Assembly: GCA_002633005.1 (NCBI GenBank)
Contig: NMRA01000354.1
Coordinates: 325,876-389,875, forward strand
Origin: Phoronis australis
Taxonomy: Eukaryota; Animalia; Phoronida
DNA length: 64,000 nucleotides
Direction of reading: 5' to 3'
The notes below the pieces were generated by a model. That model did not search any database. It saw nothing but the letters and a program-made list of their open reading frames with translations, and was not told where the DNA came from. Shown here in pieces: positions 26,532-38,768 of the stretch. The position numbers were made by a program, and so were the translations under genes. How positions within the stretch are numbered: the first letter of the stretch is position 1; the number at the start of each line of letters is the position of its first letter.

Positions 26532-29500
26532 ATGGTGATGGCGGATGGCATTCCAAGAATATTTCTTCTCTTCTTTTTCCTCACCGTCACGAATACATCA
26601 TTAAAAGAAGTTTGGTTCAGTAAACGAGATAGTTTCAAAGCAACAAGTTGTTTCCTGATGAAGAGATGCTTATTTTCCGAGTGCGTCGCAAGTTGCTTAG
26701 AACATAACCGCGGGTGTGAAGTTATTAGTTACAACGAGAACTCCTCAGTTTGTGAGCTATGTGACGCCAATAGCAAACTCGCACTTTTTCAAGGATGGCA
26801 AAGTTGGATCTCCGAATCAGCTGAAGAAATAACAAAACCGATCGCAGGTATTTTACGAGTTTTCTCGAATCATTCAATTATTCCAGAAACTCTCATCTTT
26901 TTGTTATAGATGAAATAAACCAACATACTAATTAAAGATCACGGCTTGTTTGGACCATTATTGATTAAAGTGTTCGCGGCAAATGTTGGAGACTCCAAGG
27001 ACCCACTGCTTAAAATGTTATGATTTGATGTGTCACATACAAAAATTCTGTTTTATTTGAACTTTATTTTTCTTATTTGCCAAACTCGGGCCCAGAAACT
27101 TTTCAAGAGCAGTGAACTCGCGCTTTCTTTCAAACACAACTTTTAGATTTGAGTCAGTTATCACCTTAAATTCGGTTTCATCCTACACCTTACCCAGAAC
27201 AAATTTTATATACTTGTGAAGATACTTCAACACGAGGGTAGACTTCAACTGATGTTTCGTGGCGAGAAAAATCTAACCAAAATCACGTGCTCTTATTTAA
27301 AATACATGGCAATATCACGCTTAATCTCGCGAAGTCCTCGCGGGGTCCTAGCATTATTGAACTCCGCCCAGGCTCACGAAGTTTGCTTTGTCGCGGGGGT
27401 GGGGGGTTAATGTCCGCAGCCGGAACACTGTTGTCGTCAAGGAAATTTCTGGCGCTTAATATCGAGGCAAAGACAAGAGCAGAATGCCGGTACTGTGGGA
27501 GAGGAAATACGTTTGTGGAGAAAGTCGTTTAGACCCCAGAAAATAGTTTATAGCGGCTTCATACAGACCTTCATTTTCGTTTGAACGATAATTTAGCTTA
27601 TGAAACTGGACTTTAAGTTGATGAAGGACCCTAAAAAATTTCCAATTTTAGCCAACTTCAGAACATATCTCAAAAGCGGCTGAACGGATTCATGTGAAAC
27701 TTCCAGATATACTTTATACACTGTTATCCAAAACACACTAAGGAATTGTTTTTAAATGTTCCAGTTTTGCATTAAGCTTTATAAGAAATTAAAGTAGCAT
27801 AAAAAGTAAGCGAAACGATAATTTAGAAAACTGCAACATCGTCTTAAACATTCATAGCATACCACTGATTATGTAATTGAGTTGATCGTGTTGTCTTGCT
27901 ATGAATGTGTTTTTCATTTTTGTGAAATTTTGTTAAAAAGTATGACTATGTGAGGTTTCGGAAGAAAAATGCTTTTACTGAGTTCAATTCTATACCTTTA
28001 TAGATGTTTGGCTAAATGTATTGACTTGTCAGTGAGGTCCTACACAACCTCAATGCCATCATAGCATCGGCATTAGGCATTCTGATTCAATCGAGATAAC
28101 CTGCGACTGAACTTCAGCGGACAAAACATCGTGGAGGACTGCTCAAGCTTTGATTTTCTAAAAAATATTCGTTTCTCTTTTAAACATCCTGCATGTTTTT
28201 AATGGCAAAGGAAATAAAAATCCTTTCATGGTAAGCACAAATGTTTGAAACTCATTATAGGGTAAGTGCCTAAGTAGCCAAGTTTAGATTTTAGTACAGT
28301 TTCAACCGTAAAGTGACCTTTAGGTGATACTGTTTAGTGACAGTGTGTATTTCAAATAATTTGATTTTAAGACAAATTTTAGTTTGATGAACAATGGTCT
28401 AATTGTACATTCTCAACTTTAACAGTTTAGTAAATATTTATGATCGACATATGTCCCGGATAATAGATAAATGATACGTGCGTCGCAAGCTCGTTACCAG
28501 AGATGAAAGGAGACTGATGTAGGCGATATAAGGTCATTTATTATGACTAGTACAATTACAATAAAATGAATAAGGTAAATAAGTATAATAGGTAATCTCT
28601 GGTAAGATGGGCAATAAAAAGTGCCACAGAGATGTTGTAAGACAGCTCATGCCCATCTTTTTCTAGATTGTTCGGAGTGGTACAATCTGGGTGCAAGAGA
28701 AAGCGGAGTTTACAACATCTATACCAGTTACGGTCACCAGGCGTTGGTCTACTGCGATATGGAAACGGGCGGAGGGGGATGGACGGTATCAGGCGTTATT
28801 TTTGTTTTTAATTTTATCTCTACCAGGAACTGCAGAGTTCTGACCTAGCCTTTACCTTTGAAAAGCACTGAGTCACCGTTCCTGTGATTATGTGTGAACC
28901 AAACAATGCTCGACCATGAGTAAAATTGACTGAACTCAAATCAATTACTCTGGAGTTCTGGGCTATTCCTGCTAACAATTTTTAGTGATGCAGAAATGCT
29001 TGCTGCATGAGCCAAACCCAAAATCATCACATCTGTATCCGGGCTTTTGAAGTCTCAAACTGACTTAGTTATCAAACTCAAACACCATAAAAAGGACGAT
29101 CAGTGAATTTACACAAGCCCTCAAATATGCAATAGATTTGGGGAACATAGTTAAGTCCCTATGTGGGACTGTTTCGGGCAACCGGGCACTGGACCCCAGT
29201 ATTTCCGCCTTTCAGTAATAATCCAGTATATGTTCTAAACAGAATTTCTGGGAATTTCTCAACACAACGTTATTGAATATATCATTGACTTCTTTTTGTT
29301 TAACTTGTCCGTCATAGACTTGATAAATGTTTTACTTTTTTAGATATTTCAAAAGCGACTTGACGGAACACAGGACTTTTTTCTGCCTTGGAGTTACTAC
29401 AAGCACGGATTTGGATCACCTGATCATGAATACTGGCTAGGTACTCAGCCTTAAGTACATACACAAGTACATATAGCAATGCACCCATTTCATAATAAGT

Positions 29501-32166
29501 ACAGTGGACACCGTTTAATTTCATACCCCCGGTTTCTACGTAAATTTTGATAATAAGCGAGATATTTCCTACTTGGCGCCGATCGTAACCACTCTTACAA
29601 ACGTATAGTGTTAAGTGGAGAGTCGGAAAGTAGCACAGCTAAACATGAAATGACTAACTTTTCCCCCCAGCTCTGAGTTCTGAAAAGGCAAATGAATTGA
29701 GAATAAATTAAGTTGGTTTTCAAAATGGAAAAGCGAAGGTGCGCATGCTATTATAGGCGGGTTAGAATCAGTTTTGCTGATTTCATAATGACAACATCCG
29801 GGAATACTGATGGCAACAAATCATGACAATGTGATGGTTATGCTAAAAGATAAATGGATTTAATGGGAAATGGTTCATTTGTGACGTTCCGTGACAATGG
29901 CTGGCATATTCCATTATCTGGTAAATGGGCTTCACTGTACAAATATTTTTAACATAACCGTTACATCAGTTCAGAGCACCCCATTCACCGCTATCAATGT
30001 CCCCTCATTTACATATAAAAATACTGCTCATTCCAACAGTTCTTCAATTAAATGTCAACAACTCGCACATTTTGTGACATTTCAAATTAATCTCGAAAAT
30101 AAATATTAAACAAAAATTAAGTGTATAAGGAAAGGTAGAGAGGTCATAAATGGAACGCTGCTAATTATTTCAGCAATCTCCCCCACCTGACATTATGCAC
30201 AAGCGTCAACTGTAGTTCTTTTCTCATCAACCGCAAATCTTTTCTGGAGGACGGACAAGTTGCGGTGGTGTAGTTCATCAAATTTGTTCACTTGACTGGG
30301 AACATGTGTGGGGCTAGGACAAAAGAACTGTATTTGAAAGAAGCACCTGAGAAAAGATGTGCATTATGAGAAACGCTGTTAAAGTGAACACTAAGTGCTC
30401 AGTCCGTGAGGGAGTAAGACTATGTACCCTAGAAAGGATAACCGAAAAACATTTTTATTAAACCACTGGACCCTCTGTGAGAACCACAACATCATACCAC
30501 ACGAAAAAATCATGCATGCGAACTGTAAATCAACCATTCGAACAAAATCAGACGCACCATCATCAAATCATTCGTACCAATGAAGCTGCCATTGCGTTTC
30601 GTATGCATGATTTTGTTCCTACGTATTGTGTTGTAGTTCGTATGCCAATGTTATGCTAATAAGACGACAGAAGGGACCTCTCATGGTCTGCCTTCTCATC
30701 AGACGCCGGACGAAGTGGAATGCATTAGTTTCAATCGACTTGACACCAGTTTCTACAACAAATTATGTTACGCGCCCCGTTTGCAAATGTTTAGTTGTCT
30801 TTCTACACAGGAAACGACGTCTTGCACGACATGACGAATGGGTCAACTGTCTATGAACTTAGGATTGACTTAGAAGACTTTGAAAACACCACAGTTTTTG
30901 TACTTTATGATGAGTTTCGTGTGGCTGGCGAAAGTGAGAAGTATCGACTAACTGTGAACGGATACAACGAGGAAAATAGTACTGTTGGTAAGATTTTACT
31001 AAGACATGACTGTCAAAGAATGTGTTTTCAGATTGGTGAATGAGCACTAGTGAAGGGTTACGTTGCGTTACCGGGATTTCCGGTAATCCCCATGGAGATC
31101 TTTTGGAATGGTTTTGTATGAAGGGCCTCCTTAAGTTGTCAAAATTCTTGATCCTTAAACTTAATCGTTGATATATTTTAAACCGGCCTTATGACTACGT
31201 CAATAAACTTGATGTCCCTGGCCTTTTCGTTCAATACTGTTAACGAAGCAGAACTACATGCAAATTGCATGGTACTTCAAGACCAAAACCGGTCAGGGCT
31301 CGGCAGTCGGCAATACAGGCTTGTGGAAAAGCGCCCTCTCACCTTTTTATAAAGAACCCCTGGGTCCGTTTGGATGCAAAATCACTTACAGAAAATGGAG
31401 ATTTCGTAAATTTTAATGTTCTCCATTCTTAAAAAAGCGAAGACATTTTAGCACAAGTTGACTCGCCCTGTGGAATTCAGCACCATAGACGTAAATGCTA
31501 TTAATATTACATTTGTCTTTTTGAACCGCAAATTACACTTTTTGCCGACAATGTCAGCCGCAAATGTGATTAACCTAAATGGTATTTTAATTTAATAGCT
31601 ACATGTTCGATTTTATTGCATTTTGAGGTTTCAACGTTGCAGTAGTCATTTTGATCTCGAGGCTACACTGTCACGTGAATTCGGCGTGCCATGCAGAGGT
31701 TATAAGTCTGAACGATTTTTCTTTTCAGTAAAAGGTCCTCATACTGGAGAGCACCCCTCTATATTTATTTTAGGCTTCGTGCGCGCAAGATATCTCCTGG
31801 TTCCAAGGTGAATAAGATAAAGCAATTATAATTACCGCTTCTTTTGTTTCGTTATGTATATTGGAATTTGACTGTGACCTATGTTGTTAATCTTAAGGTG
31901 ACTCGTTGATTGCAAGACACAATCGCAAGAATTTCACGACAATTGACCAGGTGAACGTAGACACCACAAGAAACTGCTCTCAAGAATACAAAGGCGGGTG
32001 GTGGTACGGTGACCCTTGCCATTTCGCCAACCTCAACGGTTTGTATTTGAAAGGAAACAGCTCGTTTGGGGAAGGCGTGATCTGGCGTGACTTCAAAGGT
32101 CTTTACTACTCTATAAAGAGATCGGAAATGAAAATTCGACCAGTGGGTTTTAATGGGATTTCTTAG
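26532..32166 (+). CDS. Secreted fibrinogen-related lectin (FReD) with N-terminal PAN/apple-like domain, 5 exons, ~325 aa
   Basis: Exons: 26532-26847 (signal peptide IFLLFFFLTV; CVASC..C..ISYN....C.L PAN pattern), 28667-28785 (DCSEW..SGVYNI..VYCDMETGGGGWT), 29344-29440 (IFQKRLDGTQDF..W..YKHGFG..EYWLG), 30811-30987 (NDVLH..ELRIDLEDF..YDEFRVAGESEKYRL), 31898-32166 (GDSL..H..FTT.D..NC..GGWWY..C..NLNG.Y..W..KIRP). The total of 978 nt is in frame. AATAAA at 32411. Confidence 0.92.
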
Positions 32167-32263
32167 GCACGCCAAAACTCCGCATACGCGCACCTCGCAT
32201 AAGTAATAACATACAACAAAACAAAACAAAAATTTTGGACAATGTAGATTTCCCGTGCTGCAC

Positions 32264-32372
32264 CTGACAGTAGGTGGAACATCAACCTACTGACAGTAGG
32301 TGGCGCATCACTCTACTGACAGTAGGTGACACATCACTCTACTGACAGTAGGTGGCGCATCATTCTACTGAC
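32264..32372. repeat. 26-bp tandem minisatellite x4 in the FReD 3' UTR
   Basis: CTGACAGTAGGTGGCGCATCACTCTA-type units start at 32264, 32290, 32316 and 32342. Confidence 0.9.
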
Positions 32373-34168
32373 TAATTAATGCCACAGATTACGTATTATT
32401 GTTTAGTTGAAATAAAGCCATTGTACTTTGAAATGTCTGTCGAACCTTTGTAGTACGTTTTATTAAACCAATTATAAGTGTGACACTCTGAACAAGTCGC
32501 AACAATCCAAACACTCACATGTCAGACTGACTGAAGCGCTGTTGATTTGTTTTTTTTTACACGTTTCTGGCATCGTTACCTCGGTCAAAGACAAATTCTT
32601 ACATATTGAGACTGAAACAGAAAATATTCTCGGCCAGTGAACACAGCTATCAAAAGTGAACACCGAAGGAGCACAGCTTCGTTCAGACCTGGGTATCGAG
32701 TTCGGTAGCTTTCTCGTTCTGCTAAAATAACCAGTGCTTAGTGAGTCACCACGTCCAGTTTGAGGAACTGCTATTTTATCAATTTCATTTTGGAATTGAC
32801 TGTATAGATACCTTCATATTTATTTGAATGCGCCAAAGTGAACTTAAACGTCTACGGACATGTAAGGCTCTCATTTAACTGTTTCTCGGTAGGTGGCAAG
32901 TGTATTCTTACTAATTTGATTAATTGTATATCTATTCTTATCTCCACTGTGTTGTTTTTGGACTTAGAATTGTATGTTATCAAATAAACCATCAAAAATC
33001 GTCAATCAAGAATCAATATCACATTTATTTAGTACTTGTATGTATGTGTGCATCCACGGAGACCATGATGCCCAGAGCAACCTGACACGGGGTCAAGTTT
33101 CTACCATAGGTCCCTCCACAGGGTTGGCTATGGAACTGATGTCCCCGAGTAGAATAGGTGGCCATGCACCGGGAGGGGGCGGCATTCGTCAAGCACTAGG
33201 TCCCATGATGAAGATCTGCCTCTGGAACACTGGGGTCTTTCTCTCGTTTCTTCAGAAACTAGAATGCAATGTAACACCAGGAATACAAATCCTTGTAATA
33301 CACAATTACTTGAGTCTAATAACTTATTCATTGCCTGATTTGTTGAAAATACCGCTGAATCGCCTTCTTTAAAAATTTCGTTTGTTGAAAATTACGCATG
33401 CAGTATCATGGGCTTAGCAGCACTGAAAAAAGTGGGAGCTTTATCCCTCCAGACCGCTATGGTGCGCCGCCCATGAGTATTCATTTGTGCACAATGGAGA
33501 AGACACTATACGACCGACTTTTTTCATCTTCATCCTTTGGAACTGTCTTGGGCCATTGGCACAATGCCAGTGCCTAGAGGTTTAGTAGTTCGGTCTCAAC
33601 TTTCAGTGGGCCACAGTAGCGTATTTAGACGGGGGGGCAAGGGGGCCATGGCCCCCCTAAAATTCTCCCAGATTCCATGTGGCAGTTGGGGGCTGCGAAT
33701 GTCTGACGGGCAAAATCCTGGCTAATACTCTGCCGTGGCTCCCCCAAGCCAACTTCACATTTATTGCACGCTGCACCAGCACACCGCTCAAGACGCAACC
33801 ACTCAAAATTGAATGTAGAGTCTACTCTATTAAGCACGCTGTCCTGGTGTCGCACTCATATTCCGTGCACACGTCTATATGTGTCCTCTTCCAAAGTAAC
33901 GCCATCAATTGCTTTTTCTTTTATCCCTTGCGTGAATTGTATGGTCTATCCAGACTTCAGTGATAGGAGAACTACCCTGACGACTGAAGGCAACCTTAGT
34001 ACTATGAAGCAATAACCACATCAGTTTTTCCCAAAGCTAGAAATCAACACTAGAGTAGGTGCAAGCAGACGGGCTCTCCATTTCTCGCCATGTTAAAGCT
34101 GACGGAAGCTCCATTTCGTGCCCTGTTTGACAGTAGGCCAATACCTGGCGCTCTATTTTGCGCCCTAT

Positions 34169-34825
34169 TTACAGTAGGTCGATAGCTGAACTTAAAGCTC
34201 TATTTCGTGCCCTGTTTAACAGCGTATCAATAGCTGAAGCTCCATTTTGCGCCCTCTTTAACACTGAGTCAGTAGCTAAAACTCCATACGCGAAGCCGAC
34301 ACGGATTGCCGCTTTCACTTTCAATACTTGGCTACTATAGCTTATGCCATCTTTCACTTCATTTACAAAGTGTTCACAGTTACGATTGACGAGATGAAAG
34401 TCTTCTTCGCCGAGTCGATCACGCGCCCTTTTGATTCTTGTCTCACCAAAAAACAAAGATGGCCTGTTATCCCTAAGCAAGACATCGGATCTCTTAATTT
34501 TGCTCTCTTCTTCCCTAACGCTAGCTTTATATGGAGCACATTTGAATGCTAGTGCATTTGACAATGACAATACTGCTTCTTGTTCGCCATTAGAATAGTG
34601 TATCAAATTCAATTTACGGTTGTTAATGTCTACATCAACCAAAATAGCATGGTGAACATACAAGGCATGTTTAAATTTCAAATGATCTCCAGGTCTCAGT
34701 TTTTTCCAATCGCTGAACCTTATGCGTTCACTTCCACCACCATCATCATCATTTAACAAGCTGAAAACGTTGAAAGCATCTTCCAAATTGTCTTTCATTT
34801 CAATACGTTTAAGTGATGGCGACAT
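34169..34825 (-). CDS. LRAT/PLAAT (HRASLS-like) phospholipase A/acyltransferase, copy 2 (218 aa as assembled)
   Basis: Single ORF with KKLRPGDHLKF..YVHHAILVDVD..LIHYSN..RARDRLGE..NCEHFVN..SSQV. Clearly paralogous to 11879-12430. Confidence 0.9.
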   Translation of the reverse strand: MSPSLKRIEMKDNLEDAFNVFSLLNDDDGGGSERIRFSDWKKLRPGDHLKFKHALYVHHAILVDVDINNRKLNLIHYSNGEQEAVLSLSNALAFKCAPYKASVREEESKIKRSDVLLRDNRPSLFFGETRIKRARDRLGEEDFHLVNRNCEHFVNEVKDGISYSSQVLKVKAAIRVGFAYGVLATDSVLKRAQNGASAIDTLLNRARNRALSSAIDLL

Positions 34826-35465
34826 TTGAAAGGAAATGACGAGGCGATGAACTTGTTCAACAATGATAAATGCTACGTTCCGTTACTAGACGCAAGACGC
34901 TGACCAAAAAGCAAGATCACGCAAGTCTTTGTGAGATAATGCCACGCATTAAAAGCGGCTGTAGTACCTTAATCTCCACGTCACCGCGTAGCTCGGTGAC
35001 GTAACCGCCCAAGTTCTGCAGAGCTTCGTTCGTCGGTTCACTCATTTGGATTCGCATTCCTATAACGAGGGATACCGGTTACAGAAATGCAATAAGTACT
35101 TACATCAAAGATACTATAAAACCTTTGCTTACATTCAGAGCGACTAACACAATTTTAATTGTTTGGTGAATTTCGAACACGGACAATGTAAAACATGAAT
35201 CGTATCAATGGCTGAAAGAAAGGGGTGGAACGGATATCATTTCGATGTGTTTGTAACAGGTTTTTGGCAGTTTATCTTTTTCAGTTTGCAAAACACGTGT
35301 CGTGACATCTTCTGTACGGATTTTACGTTTCTGTCTCCTTTTTTAAAAGTATATCCAAGCGTCCACTTTTTTGGCCCAGAACTAGGAACACCACTAAAAG
35401 TCCCATATCCGGAATGTGTGAACTAGGACTTATGTTCAGAACTTTCCGGAAAGTCTTGAACCTAC

Positions 35466-35549
35466 CTTCGCCAGTCGATTCCATACGAGAAGCCGTATTA
35501 ATCGCATCCCCGAACAAACAATACTTGGGTCTTTTTAGTCCAATCACAC
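35466..35549 (-). pseudogene. Isolated guanylyl cyclase catalytic-domain exon (orphan or gene fragment)
   Basis: 84-bp AG/GT-bounded exon encoding [28 protein letters not shown], matching the class III GC signature [25 protein letters not shown]. No other GC exons were recognised in the window. Confidence 0.7.
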
Positions 35550-36489
35550 CTGCCAGTAGAAAAATAATCATTTCGATAAAGGGGAAAAGAGTGTTTTCAT
35601 GCGGTCCTAGCGTGCATTCGAACCTAAAACCACTGCGGTCGCAATCAAGTGCTCTGCTGGAGAAGTTACGTAAACTCAACTCGATAAATAGTAGAGTATT
35701 GAACTGGTGAAGACATCGGCTTATATTTCAGCGAATATTAGGCAGACAACTTTAAAAATTGTCGTTTCGGCGAAACAAATTCACCCACGCACCCACGCCG
35801 GACTAGGCTAATAATCTCAATCTAAAATTGCGTTTTTCCGTGGTAAAACTGAAAATGTTCCTTTAATCAAGGAACTATGAAAACAAGTCCACGTAGGACA
35901 CGACGCTAATTGAACAGAAACCTACAGAGGGAGCCTGTTCGAATGATTCAAAGGAATAAAAGGAAAAGGAAATTAAATAATTGGAGAGGACATGGGAATT
36001 AGATATAGGGAGCATAGAACAGTTCTCACAGGGGTTTTCCTATAAGAACACAAGTCAATGGACTCGTCACCCTTTCTTCACTCTGTCAAAAACTGCATGC
36101 AAAGAATGAAAAGTTTTGGGTCATTTCACATCACAAACCCTACAGAGGAGCACAGAAACTTCATTCTCTCTTGTAGTTTTGACCCTTAGTTGCAGTCCTA
36201 CAGATAAGCAAGGTAGACTAAGAAAAGGGGCAAAAACGCAAAATCGGCACTTTTCGCCCTAAAAACACCACTTCCTTGCCCAAAGTCAACACTTGATTCT
36301 GAAAGCAAATTTCCGACCAACTACAAAAATGGCGTCCAAACGTACTGTCAACCAACTATTTTTTTTGTAAATCTGGCTTATTTGAGGGTTACCTGAAATC
36401 GCAGCCAGTGTCTCAGTCGCTACCCAACAAGCAACAGCGGCGCCATCTTGAAGAAGAGTGTAGCCACAGCCGAGTAAGTGGTCGTTTGC

Positions 36490-37235
36490 ATTCTCAGCCT
36501 CATATTGATTATCGTTTACCGGTTTGGGGGCATACTAGTGACAAACTTGTCAGCAAAGTCCAAGTAATCCAAAATAGAGCCTGGGTACTAGAATTCGGGA
36601 CACCAAGGTCGATGACTTGTATTCCAAGCTGGGATTTATGAAAGTGAAACAAAGAAATAAATATCTCTCTGCCTGTTGTATGTAGAGATGTATCAGTGGC
36701 TTGACTCCAGCATATCTCAGCCGAAAATTCAATAGCAGTCAAGTTGTATATTCTGCACGTTCTTCTATCGCTGGAAATATTTCTCTTAAAAAAATTAAAA
36801 CCGAGACTAGCAAGAGATCTTTTATCTATGTTGCTGCTACAATATGGAATTCTGTTAGCCTAGAGATTAAACGGTCCAATTCAATAAATACTTTTAAACT
36901 AATACAAAAAAGTGGCTGTAATTTACCTAACCTTTTTATACCCTACCTGTCTTAATCATGTCATTTTTTTCTCATTGTCATAAATACTCTCACTGTTTAG
37001 AGTAATTTCATAACATATTTCATCTCTCTCAGTTAAATTTTCACCATTCTTTGTCATATGTTTATTGTCTTAATTCTCAACCTGTTTTAATTGTATCTTT
37101 TTCACGTATATTTAATAGTTGTTTTATTACTTCATTGTATTATAGTACTGTTTTTGTTGTTGAGGGCCCTCTTGGAATTCAGTGCTATCACTGAAGAGGT
37201 CACCCTCATTTTAAATATCACAATAAGTAAATAAA
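36490..37235 (+). mobile_element. 3' fragment of L2/CR1-clade LINE
   Basis: QPHIDY..VWG..KVQVIQNRA; MYRCISGLTPAYLS..KRSFIYVAATIWNSVS.EIK..SINTFK. A T-rich 3' UTR follows, then a GAGGG..CCCTC stem-loop and an AATAA-like tail. Confidence 0.8.
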
Positions 37236-38768
37236 TTCCAGTGGGAAAAACAAAACAAAAATTTGACGGTCCAGATTTTCGCGCTGAAGGCGGAACGGCA
37301 ACAGTAGAAGCATCAGGACAATCTATTCAAATTTTTTTCATTTTTCAAACGAGATAAAACCACTGTGCGGAACAATAGACATAATTTAAATTAGGGAGGT
37401 TATGTTTCAAAATTGCTGGCCGTAACCGAATTTGATGAACAATAAACGATTTAACTTCAAATTAAATCGAATTTTGTCTACATTGAAAAGAATCATGATC
37501 CAGGTACAAAAATTCCCAAACCACGTGTCTTTGAATTCTCTAATGGCGTGGAAAATCAGAGACCATTAAGAAAAGTGAAAGATTGACGTTAATGCTAGTC
37601 ACTATTCTGGACCTGCTCCTTGAAAAAATCAAAATTTTGTGAACACTCGTAAAATCTTATATAGTTTCAATTCCAATCAATCCAAAAGCAATCAAAAAGG
37701 GTAAAAACGATGATCCAGCAATGTAAGTTAGGAATTGAAAAGATTTTATTCAGTGACAACACCAGCAACGAGAATGTCTCACTGGAGTTCCACAAGCTCG
37801 GGAAATAAAGCACGACACCCTTTTCTGACGCACGCCTTCACGCTGGCGTTGAGTGCATCGCGCCTATTTACATATGAATATCTGTTAATCCCGTACTCTG
37901 CTGTTGGTTGAGGTGTTCACACNCCCCCCCCCCCCCCCTGGCTGCTTTCCACAACTCTATGCCATGCTTCGGAAGCAAGTAATGGTGCCTTTTGTCAAAA
38001 CAATGTTTGGCAAAATGACAGGAGTGTAATTAAGGCCAGATTGTCTTGTTAATTTTCAAGACATTTTTTGACACTGCCCAGTTTTACTGGTGAGCAAAAA
38101 GCAGGGGAGGGGTAAGTTCGTGATTAGAAAAACCTGTAAGGGATATAAGCTCAAGTTCGTACCCTTCTGAATTGCATTATGTTTCCACAGTCTGTAAGCG
38201 TATCTCAACCAATGCAACTTGCATCAATTCCCATCAAAAGTAAATTAAATTAAACCTGACATCATAATTCATACATATATTTCCAGCAATGACTGATTGG
38301 AACTGAATATAGCTTATACAAGTTAAATATACAATAATTATCTGTTCAATAAAAAATGATGCTGTGCTGTCAGTAGCTTGCGATGTCATATGTATAAAGG
38401 ATTGTGGGAAACCAATCAGATAATCTGAGATGACTCCATGAACTTATCCCAACAGAGCTACAATGGAGAATTCATGTTGTCTACTGGATGTTAGAGCGAC
38501 TGAAGAAATCCCAAGAGGAAAACAGACCAACTAAATAATTGATACACTGTGATGATATGAGTTTACTTGTTGGTGCTTTTTGCCAATTTATCATGCAGAG
38601 GGTTTGCTAACATCACATTTCGGATTGACTGATATCCAACACATCTACAGTCTGCAATGAACTCGCATGTTCTCGCCCTTCATAAAAATCTCCATTTTCC
38701 GTGACAGTCACATCACCTTCCGAATGCACGGCATTTCAAAATGTCCTGGACATGGCATCGACGAGATT

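Noticed and set aside
32264-32372. CRISPR-like array
   Set aside because: Head-to-tail repeats with no unique spacers, eukaryotic context and no cas genes. The same applies to 14091-15030 and 45305-45640.
34050-34070. CaaX prenylation signal at the end of the restored PLAAT2 tail
   Set aside because: The tail ends CLHLL*, with Cys at -5 rather than -4.
35595-35665. Possible tRNA (GGTTCGAATGC B-box on - strand)
   Set aside because: No complete cloverleaf could be folded. At most a decayed tRNA-derived SINE head.
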